The notes beneath the pieces were generated by a model. The model saw only the letters and a list, made by a program, of their open reading frames with translations, made no database searches and had not been told where the DNA came from. Positions 26,282 to 38,649 of a stretch of DNA of 64,000 bases are shown here, piece after piece. A program made the translations under genes and the position numbers. Position 1 is the first letter of the stretch. The number at the start of each line of letters is the position of its first letter. Where the stretch lies: NCBI RefSeq assembly GCF_036321535.1, contig NC_087472.1, positions 102,922,001-102,986,000 of the forward strand. Direction: 5' to 3'. Source of the DNA: Camelus dromedarius (taxonomy: Eukaryota).

Positions 26282-28519
26282 TAAAATTCTTTCTTTATCA
26301 TTGACTTTTTACAGTTTTAATGTAATGTGTCTTGGAGAAGGTCTTTTTGCATGGAGAGGTGTTCTATAAGCTTGGATTTGTATATCCAATTCCTTCCTCA
26401 CGTTTGGAAAGTTCTCAGCTATTATTATTTCTTTAAATAAGTTCCCTGCTCTTTTCTACCTCTCTCTTCTTTCTGGGATACCCATTTTATTTAGGTTGCC
26501 TTTCCTAGTGGAGTCAGATAGGTCTTGTAGAGCTTCTTCATTAAAAAAAAATCTTACCTCTCTCTCACCTTCTACCTGAGTCATTTCTAAATTTCTATCT
26601 TCAAGCTTGCTAATTCTCTCTTCCATATGGTCTGCTCTATTTCCAATGCTTTATTAATGCATTTTTTTATCTCATTTATTGAGTTCTTTGGCTCCAAAAT
26701 TTGTCTTTTTTTAGAGTTTCAATCTCTTTCATAAAGTATTCCTTCTGTTCATTAATTTTATTCCTGAGTGAATTGAACTGCCTTTCTGAGGTTTTTTTTT
26801 TTTTTTTTGTAGTTTGCTGAGTTTCTTCATGGCAGCTACTTTGAATTCTCCATCAGTTAGATAATAGTCTTCTGTGACTTTAAGTTTGGTTTCTGGAGAA
26901 TTGTCATTTTCTTTTTGTGAAACCATGTTACTGCAGTTTTTCATGGTGCTTGATGAGTTGTTTCTTTGCTGGCGCATTTGAAGTAGTGGACACATTTCTT
27001 ATTTAGGCAAAGCTTTGTCTACTTTGATTCTAACACTTCAAGAGGTTGGTGGTTAGAGGCCTTTCTTTTGTTTTTCAGTAGGTGGTGCTGTAGCACAAGT
27101 TTTTAGTTTCCTTACCTGAGCTGCCTCTAGCTATATTTGAGATTCTGCACTTTCTACCCTCCACCACCTCTGCCAGAAGTGTGGCTGGTACTCTCATCAT
27201 TGTTGCTTCTTCCTCCAGGGTCACTGGTGCCTTGCTGCTGCTGGTGTCACTGCAGTCACTGGCCTCACTGCTGGGGGCACTAGGATGGCAGGTTCCTCTG
27301 CTGCTTCTGGGGTCGCCTGATTCACGGGCCCTACCACTGCTGCTGTCTAGTTTCCTGTGACTGAGGGTGCCGCTATGGCCAGGAGGCCAAGTCACATGTG
27401 CTGTCTCCCTTGCTGCTACCTGGTTCTCTGAAGCTGCGGGATCAGCTGTTGGGGGTAAGGGGTATAACTGCAGTGCTGTTCCCCAGTTCTGCCTCCTCTC
27501 TGTGTTCCAATCCACCCACCTTCAGAGGTAAAGATGTGTGGATCTCTCCAGTGTCCTAGTGTGTTGGGCAGAGGAACCTTTATTGAGTTATGGATGTTTT
27601 ACTAGTTGTAGATTGAAGGGGAGAGACAGAGTGCATCTCACACTGCCATGATGCTGACGTCCATGGTAGACTTTTCTAAGTTGTTACACAATAAACTTGA
27701 CATTGAAGAATACAGTAATATTAGAAATTCATGGAAAGAAAAACACCATAAAAGACTGTTTAGTATGACAAGATGTGCTGAGTGACAAGGGAGAAAATTC
27801 TTAATTAGACTACATTATGCTCAATTTAGCAGAAAGAAAAACTCTCATAGTTTAAATTTCCTTCTTCCTTTCACCTCTAAAGAAAGAAATCTAATGTATT
27901 CAGGTACATTTTGTTCCATCTGTGTGTAGAAGAGGAAGTGGAATTTAAACAAAGTAGGACTGATATCAGATTTTACCCTTTTTTGGAGGGGGAGTGAAAT
28001 TGAATGCATAACCTCATAGCTCATAGGCCTGAGCTATGGACATCTTTTAAAAAGTATGTGTATATGTAGTGAGAAAATTTTAAACTATTAAGTCACTACT
28101 TTAAAATGGTTCCCAAGAGTTGATTTCTCATGATGAACATCAATCACTTTTTAAAATAGACACAAAAAGAAAATAGTGCTTTTATAAAAAGCAAAGTGAT
28201 TTATGCCCAAATTCATTAAGGAAATACAAGAAGGGGGTTTTACTGCCTGTTCTGGCATACACTGATACTGTGACCTAGGGTGAGCCTCTAAGCCTCTTTC
28301 TGGGTCTCCATTCCTTCATCTATGATAGAAAAAGGTTATGTTAAATTAACTTTTTCGTTATATTTCATAAAATAAGAACCAAGTGGATTGAGGAAATTTT
28401 TACCTTTATTGAAGAATTTATGTATAATAGTATTTAAATTCTTTAATAAATAGTTTCATTTAAGTCAGTTAGCTCAATGACACACATGGGGGGTGTGCAT
28501 ATCTATATAAAGAACCACT

Positions 28520-29090
28520 TCTAATATCCAGTTGTTCAAATTGAACCTTGGAGTCATCCATAATTGGCCCCTTTGTTTTCCTCTACAAGTAATGGCAGCT
28601 CTACCTTTAAAGCAGATCCCACGTCTGACCACTTCTCACTGCTCCACTGCCAACATCACTGCCCAAGTCCATCAATTCTCCCCCAACTCCAGAGCTTCCT
28701 AACTAGTTTTCCACCTTCTCTTACTACAGCCCCGTAGTCTGTTCTCCACCTTTGAGAACTTTGTAAAACCAAATCAAATCATGTAAATCTCCTACTCCTA
28801 ACCCTCCAATGGCTTTTCCTGTCATACTCAGAATAAAATCCAAACTCCTTCCCAAGGCTGAACAGTTTACATAATTTGGCTCATGCATTTCTCTCTGACT
28901 CTCTCTCATTCTGCTCTGGCCACCCCACACCCACCCCAGTCTTCATCCTGGTCTCTGCAAGTACCAAGCATCATGCCTTCAAAGTTGCTGTTCTCGACCA
29001 TCCTACAGAAAACAGCCACCAGCTACCCACTCAGTGTCCATCTCTTCTTGCCTTTTTTTCTTCATAACACTTGTCACTGCCTCACCTTAT
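28520..29090 (+). mobile_element. LINE-2 3' region (terminal piece continues at about 29845-29990)
   Basis: tctgaccacttctcactgctccactgcc; accctccaatggcttttc..tcatactcagaataaaatccaaactcctt; cactaggatgcaagttccatgaag. Confidence 0.75.
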
Positions 29091-29286
29091 ATATTCATGG
29101 TTGTTTTCCTTATCATGAATTTCTAATATTACTATATTCTTGATTGTAAAGTTTATTAGCTATGTGACAGCTTAGAAAAGTCTACCTATTTACAATGTCA
29201 GTTCTAACATGAATAAAAGTTTAATGGTTCAATAAGACTTTAAAGTAGTAACAAGGCTGTTTTCTTTTATGTTCAAAACTGCGTGG

Positions 29287-29810
29287 AAGCAGCCTAAATG
29301 TCCATCGACAGATGACTGGATAAAGTTGTGGTATATTTATACAATGGAATACTACTCAGCCATAAAAGAATAAAATAATGCCATTTGCAGCAACATGGAC
29401 AGACCTTGAGATCATCATTCTAAGTGAAGTAAGCCAGAAAGAGAAAGAAAACTACCATATATCACTCATATGTGGAATCTAAAAAAACAAAAAAAGAGGA
29501 CACTAACGAACTCATCTACAAAACAGAAACAGACTCACACACATAGTGAACAATCTTACGGTTACCAGGGAAAAGGAGTAAGAAGGGATAAATTTGGGAG
29601 CTTGAGATTTGCAAATATTAGCCACAATATATAAAAATAGATTTTAAGAACAATTTCTTCTGTATAGCACAGGGAACTATATTCAATATCTTATAATAAC
29701 CTTTAATGAAAAAAAATGTGAAAACGAATATATGTGTGTATATGCATGACTGGGATACTGTGCTGTACACCAGAAACTGACACATTGTAACTGTATTTCA
29801 ATTAAAAAAA
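29287..29810 (+). mobile_element. 5'-truncated L1 3' end
   Basis: cctaaatgtccatcgacagatgactggataaag...acaatggaatactactcagcc; A tail; TSD aaaactgc(a)gtgg at 29275-29286 and 29811-29823. Confidence 0.92.
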
Positions 29811-30948
29811 AAAACTGCAGTGGTGGTGGTGAGGTTGGCTTAAAAATCTTCATTGTCTGTCCTCACTAGGATGCAAGTTCCATGAAGATGTGGACTCTTT
29901 CTGCCTTATTCATTGCTATATCTCCCACTATTATATATAACAATGTTCAGTGTGAAGAGAATGCTTAACAAGTGTTAGCATTAATTAACCAGTGAAAGTA
30001 TATATACTCACTTATGCAATGACCCTGGGGCAGCTGGAAATCTTGGGTACACTACCTCTAACCACATCCATTTACCCATGTTCCATATAAACACTACCAT
30101 TTCCTAGTTCAATGTAATGTGAAAATGGCCTCCTTCTAGGTAGAGAAACCATTAAAACACAGTGGCAAGGACCTTATCATGAGACGTGTGCACTGGGATC
30201 TATGGGAACATACATGGCAGATCATAATCCAGACTGGCACTGGTGTGGAAAGAAGAGATGGGGTCAAGGAATCTTCCGAGAGGAGATGGTACCTCAGTGG
30301 GCCAGGTAAGGCAAAGTGGAAAACAAATTCTAGCATAGGAGAGTGAAAGCAGATAAGTTGACAATCAAGTTGGTCAGTTGGGTGGTGATGTGTCTCCCCA
30401 AAACTGAGAGTACATGAAGAGAAACAGGTTTGAAGGGAAAGATGAGGAGCTCAATTTTGGTAATTTCTCCTGCCTTTGCACAATGTACCAGTTAAATGGT
30501 GTAATCGATCAGTGCTCTAGCCAGCAACAGCTCTGGAGAATGAAACTCAACAAAAATATTGTTCATTTCTTCCTGTGGTAAGCCTATGAGTCATCCATCT
30601 GGTAACTTCTGTGGCTTGGCACCATGCCTGTCACATACTAATTGTTTAATTTCTTTCATTGGATTATATTGAATCTTCTGGTATATGCATTTTCATAGGC
30701 ATTTTGGTAAAGTTTTAATTAATTCCAGATTGACAACTCAGTATAGTTTTTATCTCCATCTCTCTGGAAGCCTCTAATAACATTCTGAGCTTCTTTTCTC
30801 AGGTTTCTTCACATTCTACACATTTTTACTTCCATGTCAACAAGCACCTTCCTTGCATAGCATATGCTCCATAAGCAGTTATTTTTATAAGACTATTTAT
30901 TCTCTTCTGATTCAAACATGTGCCAAATACAAACATCTGGCTCTAGAA

Positions 30949-31145
30949 CAGGGATCAAACGGTTTTCTGTAAAGGGCCATACAGTCTCTGTCAAAACTAC
31001 TCAACTCTGTCATTGTAGCACAAAAGGAGCCACAGACAACACATATAAACATATAAAAATATATGGTTGTGTTCCAATAAAACTTCATTTACAAAACAAG
31101 CAGCAGGCTGTATTTGACCCTCAGGCTGCAGTTTGTCAATCTCTG
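30949..31145. mobile_element. MER58A-like DNA transposon
   Basis: Homologous to 3178-3395. Confidence 0.82.
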
Positions 31146-33129
31146 CTATAGAGTCATATACATACATACATACATGTAAATAATATATAGATATGTGTAA
31201 ATTATAAAACTGATCTTCAGCAATTTTGAGGAAGAAAAAAGATCAAGATCATACTCTTACAAGATTGACTGAAATAAAATCTTTTCCAAACTATACTACA
31301 TTAATTTCTCTTTTATATTTAACAACATCAGATTCAAAGCACACCCTGTGAGAAAAGATCAGGGGATCATTTCTGACCTTCCCCACTGCCAGCATCCTCT
31401 GATGTTATTGACAAGTGTTCTCTTTTCAAAAGGCTGCAGCCTAACTAATTCCTTTCATCTTCATTTTCACGGAGAAAGTTAATACCTAATTAGAATGCCA
31501 ACTCAATTAAAGATGAAAATCTCAAGTCAGTATTGACACCATTGGAAAAAAAAAATAGCTAACCACTCAGACTTGAATGATTTTTAGTTTTTAAAGAAAC
31601 CAGAATCTAATATTGTTTGTGATGTTGCCCACCAACCAGGGAGACAGGCCTGAGTCACTTGTATCTGTCTCTCTCTGTGCTATAAAAAGGAGCTTAATGT
31701 TCTGGTCAGGAACCACTGAAACTAGTATTGATTTTCCGTGCTCAATTTCTCTCCCAAGTCTTGGTCTTTCACTTGAAGATAATTTCATTACTATCAGGAA
31801 GCTTGGGCAACACAGAATGAACAGCAGGAAACTAAGTTCCGTAAATGGGCTCGACCTCTTTCTTCCATTTGCTAGCTTAGCCAGGCTGTTCTCCTCAGTT
31901 AGAACGTGGTGCTTCATCCTCCTCTAGAGCAATTTCCTTTTGAACATGTACAGTGCTCTGAAGAATTTTAAATTACCTCTCATAGCAAATAATTAACTGA
32001 ACATCCATGGGCAAACTGATGAAATTTCAGATCTTGCTTTTCAGTTTTTTAACAGCCTCCTTTCAACTTAAGTAATTTGTTGATAATGGAGGCTCTTCGC
32101 AATTATTGGCAGAAACTAATCGGTTCAATGACAGTTCAATCCCCTGTTTTGGGGGGTGTGGTAGGAACTCTTGAGCAACCATGCTCTTGATCACATTTCT
32201 CCTATAAGAAGGTTCAAATTAGATTGGAAATTTTAGGGATGGTCCCAGTAGGAAAGTGGGTTTTAGGAAACAGACAGCAAAAAATCAGAACGGGAAACCA
32301 CAGATGCCCACTTCCTCTTGGATTTTCAACATGACTTTATTTTTTTTGGTAGTAGAAGATATGAATTCCCAGGTCATTAGGCAAATCTATATTCAAATAA
32401 GAATGCAAAAAAATTGAAAAGATTACAAGTGATGATTTATAAAATATATTTCTGACTTCTTTAAAAATCTGCAGAGCCAGTAAACATTAACTCTCACACA
32501 TTGTTGGGAGTGAATATTGATACAGCTTTTTTGAAGGGTAGTTGGGCAATAAGAATCAGGAGGCTTAAAATTATTCAGGTCTTTTGATGGTTCCACTTCT
32601 AGGAATTTATACTAAGCAAAGTAATCAGAGACAAAAAGATTTCTGTAAAAGTATGATCTTCAAATGGAAAAAATGAAAACAATGAAAATGCCCAGCAAAG
32701 GGAAACTGTTATAAATTCATATGGAATACTTATTCATTATTTTCCAACATATATTTATTAAGCACCTGTTATGTGCCAATCATTTTTCAGATACTAGGGA
32801 AAGCAAAAGTGAACAAGATAAAAAAGATCCCTGCTCTCATGAAACCTATAGTTGCAAGGAGAAAAAATAGCAAAAGCCAAGTATATAGACAAATGAATAA
32901 AGATAATTTCACAAAGTGGTAAGTGCTAAGAAGGAAAAAAAAAAACCTGATGTGCTGGAGGCATTAGATCATAAAGAAATGTCTTTTCATAGTGTGTTTA
33001 GTGGTAAAAGTTAAAGTATAAAACATTATTATTTCAATTATATAAAATCCTATTTAAAGTATCCTTGAAAAAAATGTTCTAATATGAATAAAAATTATCT
33101 CTTGGCTGTTGGATTATGAATATTATTTC

Positions 33130-33530
33130 GGATAGAATAGGCTAGGTCTTGCTGCAGTAACAAATAATTTTACTATTTCAGAGGCTTTAAACAGCAAAGG
33201 TTTACTCTTGGTCATGTAGGTTCTATTGCTGGTTCAAGGTGACTCTCTTGGACAGCTGTCCTTCGTTTGAAGGCTCAGTGTTACATGGCCATATCAGCAT
33301 GGGCTTCCATGATCACTGAGGCAGGGGTAGAGAGAGGTGGGGATTTGGACACTGACAATTAAATGCTTTTACCTGTCAGTGACACATGAACTTCCATACA
33401 CATTTCATTGGCCAATGCAAGTTACATGACTATGCCTAACTTCAAGCAGGTGGGGAAAAACCATTCATCCATATGCCTGAAAGGAGAGGTGAAGCAGTGA
33501 CTGGTACACAGGGTAATGTGAGCCACAAGT
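33130..33530 (-). mobile_element. Old MaLR LTR (MLT1J/K-like)
   Basis: aggctaggtcttgctgcagtaacaaa...; tttcattggccaatgcaagttacatgact. Confidence 0.6.
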
Positions 33531-34177
33531 ATTTTTTACTTTCTTTTTTATTCTTTTCTATATTTTTCATATTGTCTTAGTGAATATGTGTATGTTTATG
33601 ACTAAGAAGGAAAAGGGTTTTCTTTGAAAGAATGCTGATTCAGATTAAAAGCAAATTATTCTGTGACCAGGTAGCTCTTTGTGGGACACTGTCCTCAAAC
33701 TTTGAAACACCACTTATACCCCCTTAAGCAAGAAGGGGTAGCCTGGAGCTTTCTGATCAATCCCATCAAACTCTTGGAAGTGATAGGAATTAAGCATTTA
33801 TTGGGTATCCATTTCCTTTAAAAGCTTAGATATACTGTAGTTATTAAATATAATACAGTTTTAATAACAAGATTGGAAAAGGTCACAATGTGATCATTTC
33901 TAAATTTGAGGCCTAGTCCTTTGTAGGTGAACCTTTGCACGTCAGTCTTGACTATTCCATTAAACATTCTGGCAGAGGAGAAGCTAAAACAGCTCTGGCC
34001 TGCAATTAGTCAGCTCTAGATGAGAAGGAAGTGAGGGCAGAACCTCACGCAGCACAGTTCTGTGCACTTGTTCATGGCAAGTGCTTAATCCATTTTGGTT
34101 AAACTGACTTTAGAAAATTAAAGCATCACAAGAAACAGACACTGGGCAAAAAACTGTGTGTTTGCTTATTTTAAAGC

Positions 34178-34403
34178 AGTGGTTCTCAAATGGAAGGGGA
34201 CATTTGACAAAATCTGGAGACATTCTTGGTTGTCACTTGAGGGGGTGTCACTTGTGTGAAGAGGGTGCTGCTGGCATCCAGTAGGTAGAGGCCAGAGATG
34301 CTACTGAACATCTTACAATGCACAGGAGAGTGCTCCCAGACGGGTGCGCACACACAAATTATTCTGCCCCAAAAGTCAGTAGTCGTGAGATAAAGAAAGC
34401 CTG
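34178..34403. mobile_element. MER20 DNA transposon
   Basis: cagtggttctcaaa..ggggacatttgacaaaatctggagacatt..ggttgtcac..ctggcatccagtaggtagaggccagagatgct..aacatcttacaatgcacagg. Confidence 0.88.
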
Positions 34404-35379
34404 CCTTAGTCAGGTCCAGAGCTGCTGCCTGAGGACATCTCTGAGATCCAAAATCATCCCAGAAACTGAAGTTTTCTGCTCACTTGTCCATCAACAGCAC
34501 AGAATGCATGCAGCCTTCTGGATTCTCACTATGTTCCTACTAACTTTCTGCAGTGGGGTGGGCTGACTTTGCCTTCCCCACTTCCCTCAGCATTAGGGAG
34601 TCTACACACATTGATGTCATAGTGCCCATCTACATGGAAGCCTGGTGTTGACACGCAGCATTAGTCATTGAATCTCACAGAAGCTCATCAGCGCCTCCAG
34701 CCAAATCTTCCTCTTTGTTCTGATTTAAATAAAGCCTTTCTTTAAGAGCTCTTCTAAAAGCAATCCAATGAGATGCTACAAAGTATGCCAAATCCAATTA
34801 CTTTCTGCATTCTTGCCTATTATTTGGAAAAAGCAATCCTCCCTAAGCCACTAAGGTCATTTAGAAAACATGCCAAGGTGACAACATTAAAGGAAGTGGA
34901 ATCTTAATGAAGGTCTCAACACCCACAAAGTACTAATGAGAGGGCAGGGTTGGTCTCTTAGTCAAGGGTTTCAAGCGTGCCCAGAATATTAACACACTTT
35001 CTTTATCCTGAGGCAAATGGCTCTCCCGCAACAACAGAGATGATCCACTAATGCCTGATTCAGACGCTTTGTCACAGAATGAATCAGCAGAGCCATTAAT
35101 AAGTACCACAATAGTATACAACACGAACAGTACTGGTTTTCAATGTGTCCTCTATTTGCACGGAGGCAATTTTCTTCTGACTCAGAAGCCGATATGTAGC
35201 CCACCGTAGTGATGTTTTCTATCTCTCACCAAGTAAAGTTCACTACCCTGGGTGGGGAAGAAGTATTAGGAATGCTATGGAAGCCACAGGTGACAAGAAG
35301 AGGAAGGGGTATGCTCTCCCTGTGCAGTCTGACTCTCTTACCCAAGACATGAATAGGAATGCTGAAGACAAAGGCATTC

Positions 35380-35963
35380 ATTTTCCATGACGCATAACAA
35401 ATCACCACAAACTTAGTGGTTTAGAACAACATACATTTATTATCCCACAGTTTTCATGGGTCCTTAGCTGGGTCCTCTGCAATCAAGATGTTGGTAGGGA
35501 CAGTGGTCTCATCTGAGACTCAAGAACTTCTTCCAAGCTCATTCAGGTTGTTGGTAGAATTCAGGTCCTTGTGGTTGGAGGACTGAGGCTCTCAGTTCCT
35601 AGAGGCCATCCCTTTCCATAGGTTGTTCACAATATGGCTGTTTGCTTCTTCAAGGCTAGCAGGAGAGAGTCTCTCCTGCTTCAAGTCTCTTCTTTCGAGA
35701 AAGGTCTGGACCGTCTTTTTTTTTTTTTGGACCCTCTTTTATAAAGTCCCCCTGGTTAGGTCAAGCCGACCCTGGATATTTTCCCTTTTGATGAACTCAG
35801 AGACAACTGCTTCGGGACCGTCATTATATCTGCAAAATTCCTTCACTTTTGCCATATTTGAAGTCACAGGTTCTACCCACAGTCAAGAGGACAGGACAAC
35901 ATCAAGGTGTGGATGCCAGGGGGTGGTAATTATGGGAATAATTTTAGAATTCTGCCTCCCACA
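35380..35963 (-). mobile_element. MaLR LTR (MLT1E/F-like)
   Basis: gcataacaaatcaccacaaacttagtggtttagaacaac...ttagaattctgcctcccaca. Confidence 0.82.
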
Positions 35964-36129
35964 ACAAGTTTGTGAATGTTTAAACTGACAGCCCTGACTA
36001 GGAAAGAGAATAAATATGTTGGATGTCAGAGTCCATATTATATCCAATAGGATGGCAGCTTGGAATACTAAGTCAAAAGTAGCAAAAAGAAACTGGGGAC
36101 TCATAGTTAGCTTTTAACATAGAAGGGAT

Positions 36130-36560
36130 GTCTTAAAAGCAGTTCCTGGAAAAAGACTTGGGGGTTTTAATTGTTTATAAGCACAATAAGTAATGTCTGT
36201 ATAATGTAATTTTTTTAAAGCTCAAAATGCAATTTATAGACCAATGATAAATACATAGTGTCTAGATCAAGAAGGAAAACACAAACAGTGGGCTTGGTAC
36301 TGGATGTGCCAAACCACATCTGGAAATTTTTTGGCAGCTCAGGGTTGACATTTTAAGCTGAACATTGCTCAAATGAAACCTTGAAATTAAATCATATGAA
36401 AAATGCTTGAAGGAAGTATGGATGTTTATAAAAGAAACTGAAGAGGAAACAGGATTGCAGCAGTGTGTTAGAGCTGAGAAAGCAGAAATAAGACTCATAG
36501 ATGAGAGTTACAAGGAAACATATTTCCTTTCAGTATAAGAAATATGGTTCTGATATTTAG
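36130..36560 (+). mobile_element. Probable CR1/L3 LINE relic
   Basis: gcagttcctggaaaaagacttgggggttttaattg and further decayed CR1-like motifs. Confidence 0.45.
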
Positions 36561-36759
36561 AGTTGTACACAAAGGAAATTATTTATGGGGAAGGGAATTC
36601 ATATTCAAGGTTAAGCCCACCCACAGGTGCTCTTGATTCCTTTTCTACCTCCATTAATTATGTGCTTTCTCATTATTATCTTTACACAACTTCATCTTCT
36701 CATTGGTGATCATGCATAGGTTTCCCCCATCACACGCATAAAGGACACTTCTTTGGCTT

Positions 36760-37810
36760 TACATTCCACCAAGACACTGCCTCTTTCTCCCATCCTCGTT
36801 GAAGCCTGACTTTTTGAGAGAGTGGTATACATTGATGATCTACCCTCCATAGCCCTCACTCCTCTGTCAGTCCACCTACTCTGGCTTCTGCCCCCACCAA
36901 GCCACCCAAACCGATCTTTGTAATGTCACTGTGGATAAATGCTCTTTGCAATTTCTCTTACATGATACTGTTGACCACATCCTCCTTTTTGAAATCATCT
37001 GTTTCCTTGGTTTCTCTGATGTAACACTCTCTTGCCACCTCTCTGACTCCTCTGGCCACTCTTCTAAGCCTCCTTTGTGGTTTCACTCACATCTGATGCA
37101 CACTGATGCTCACTGATGCTCCATCAGGCACTGTCTTGGGTCTATTCTATTCTCATTCTACATGGCATCCTTTGTTATTTTAATGGCCCCCCACCCCTGT
37201 TCTAATTGCCACTTATACATTGTGAGACTTTACTTACAGTGTAGCTCTCTTTCTTCTGAATCCATGTCTCTATCTCCAAAGACCAATTGAATGGCTTTAC
37301 TGGAAAACCCTAGAGTCACATGAAAATCAATGGAGCCAAACGTGAACTCATAATTTCTCACCTAGGCCCACTCCCCACCCAAACCCTTTCCTGCAGGCTC
37401 CCCATTTCAGAGAATGGTTGGCAGGATGTTCCCACCATCAATCTTACCAGCTCTCCCTGGTCTATCAGTCTGTAAGTCCTGAAGACACTTGCCAGATCCA
37501 TCTAATTTACTCCATTCCCCTTGATACTACCTTGAATCAAACCCTCAACTTCTGCCTGGATTATATTATCAGCATCATGGTTAACTTCACTAACATTTTT
37601 TGAATGATTACCATGTACTAGGGCTGTTTTAGTATTATATATAATATTTATTCATCTATTCTTCAAAACAAACCTATGAGAACAGGTACGCTTATTTTTT
37701 CCCACTTTATAGAGGTAGAAATCGGGAAACTAAGGCCCAGAGAGATTAAGAACCCTCCCCATGTTCACACACCTAGTAAGTGAAAAATCCGGATATGGCT
37801 CTGCAAGCTT
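36760..37810. mobile_element. L2 relic followed by a MIR (about 37590-37810)
   Basis: tctggcttctgcccccacc; tgatactgttgaccacatcctcctttttgaaa; MIR core cccactttatagagg..gaaactaaggcccagagagattaag. Confidence 0.65.
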
Positions 37811-38649
37811 AACCAGTTGTTGTAAGGGCTGAGTAAGGTTTCCTTGAATTAATAAACTAAATTGACTGAGTAAATTCTAGTTGATTGGCTGCAGAAGGGA
37901 TTTTTGCTGTGGGTGAAAAATTAGACTACAGGAGTATTCCTCAATTGTCTTTGATGAAGGCCCTTTTAAAATTTCCTATCAACTGTGGTCTCATATTTTT
38001 GTGTGACACAATATCATGTGCTTGGCTTTCACAGCAATATTGAAAACAATAAAATTTTCTAAACACTTACTTTACCATGTCTATACTCAATCAGCATGGT
38101 CCAGTAAGAGACTCTGGACTGGCATCAGTCTGTGGACTACACTTTGAGTTCCACTGGACTAAAGGACCCATGAGGTCCCTTCCAACACTAAAATTTTGTA
38201 TTCTGTAGCATCATAAGCAAGACTCAAAGGGGAAAAGTCTTCTTTGAGAGTTTACATTGAGCCACTGGGAATCATTTACTCTAAATGTACCAACTAGCAG
38301 AGTGGTAAATGCTGAGTGCTGTGGTGAGAAAAACCACACACACATCCAGAAGGATGCAGAATACATGTTCTTCAATCTGAGAAAGCATAAAGCTAATAGG
38401 GTGGATTTGACCCATGCTCCCAAAATGTGGAAGAGAGAAGAGTATGATTCAGAGTATGTCCTATAAGAATATACAAATAGAAGACCTCATTCGGGTGGCA
38501 ATTATTAAGGGATATTTCAAATATGGAATGCTATTCAACAGTTTTTTTTTTAACTGAGACATGTTCATACATACTGAAATTGAAATATATCCAGGAGACA
38601 TTTTAAGTGAAAAAAGCAGCCAAATGCTAGCCAACCTGTGTAAATTGCC

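Larger units (their letters stand above)
24205..27660 (-). mobile_element. 5' half of an older L1 (5' UTR, ORF1 relic, ORF2 endonuclease start) carrying two nested insertions
   Basis: 24323-24610 translates NSPIKRHRV..WLKKQDPTICCLQET...LKVKGWK.I.QANG.QKK, the L1 endonuclease. 26729-26995 resembles the ORF1p N-terminus. 27075-27660 is a GC-richer 5' UTR. Many stops and frameshifts. Confidence 0.9.

Noticed and set aside
27075..27515. 146-aa ORF in a GC-richer region; possible promoter or CpG island
   Set aside because: It lies in the 5' UTR of the old L1 and CpGs are largely depleted.
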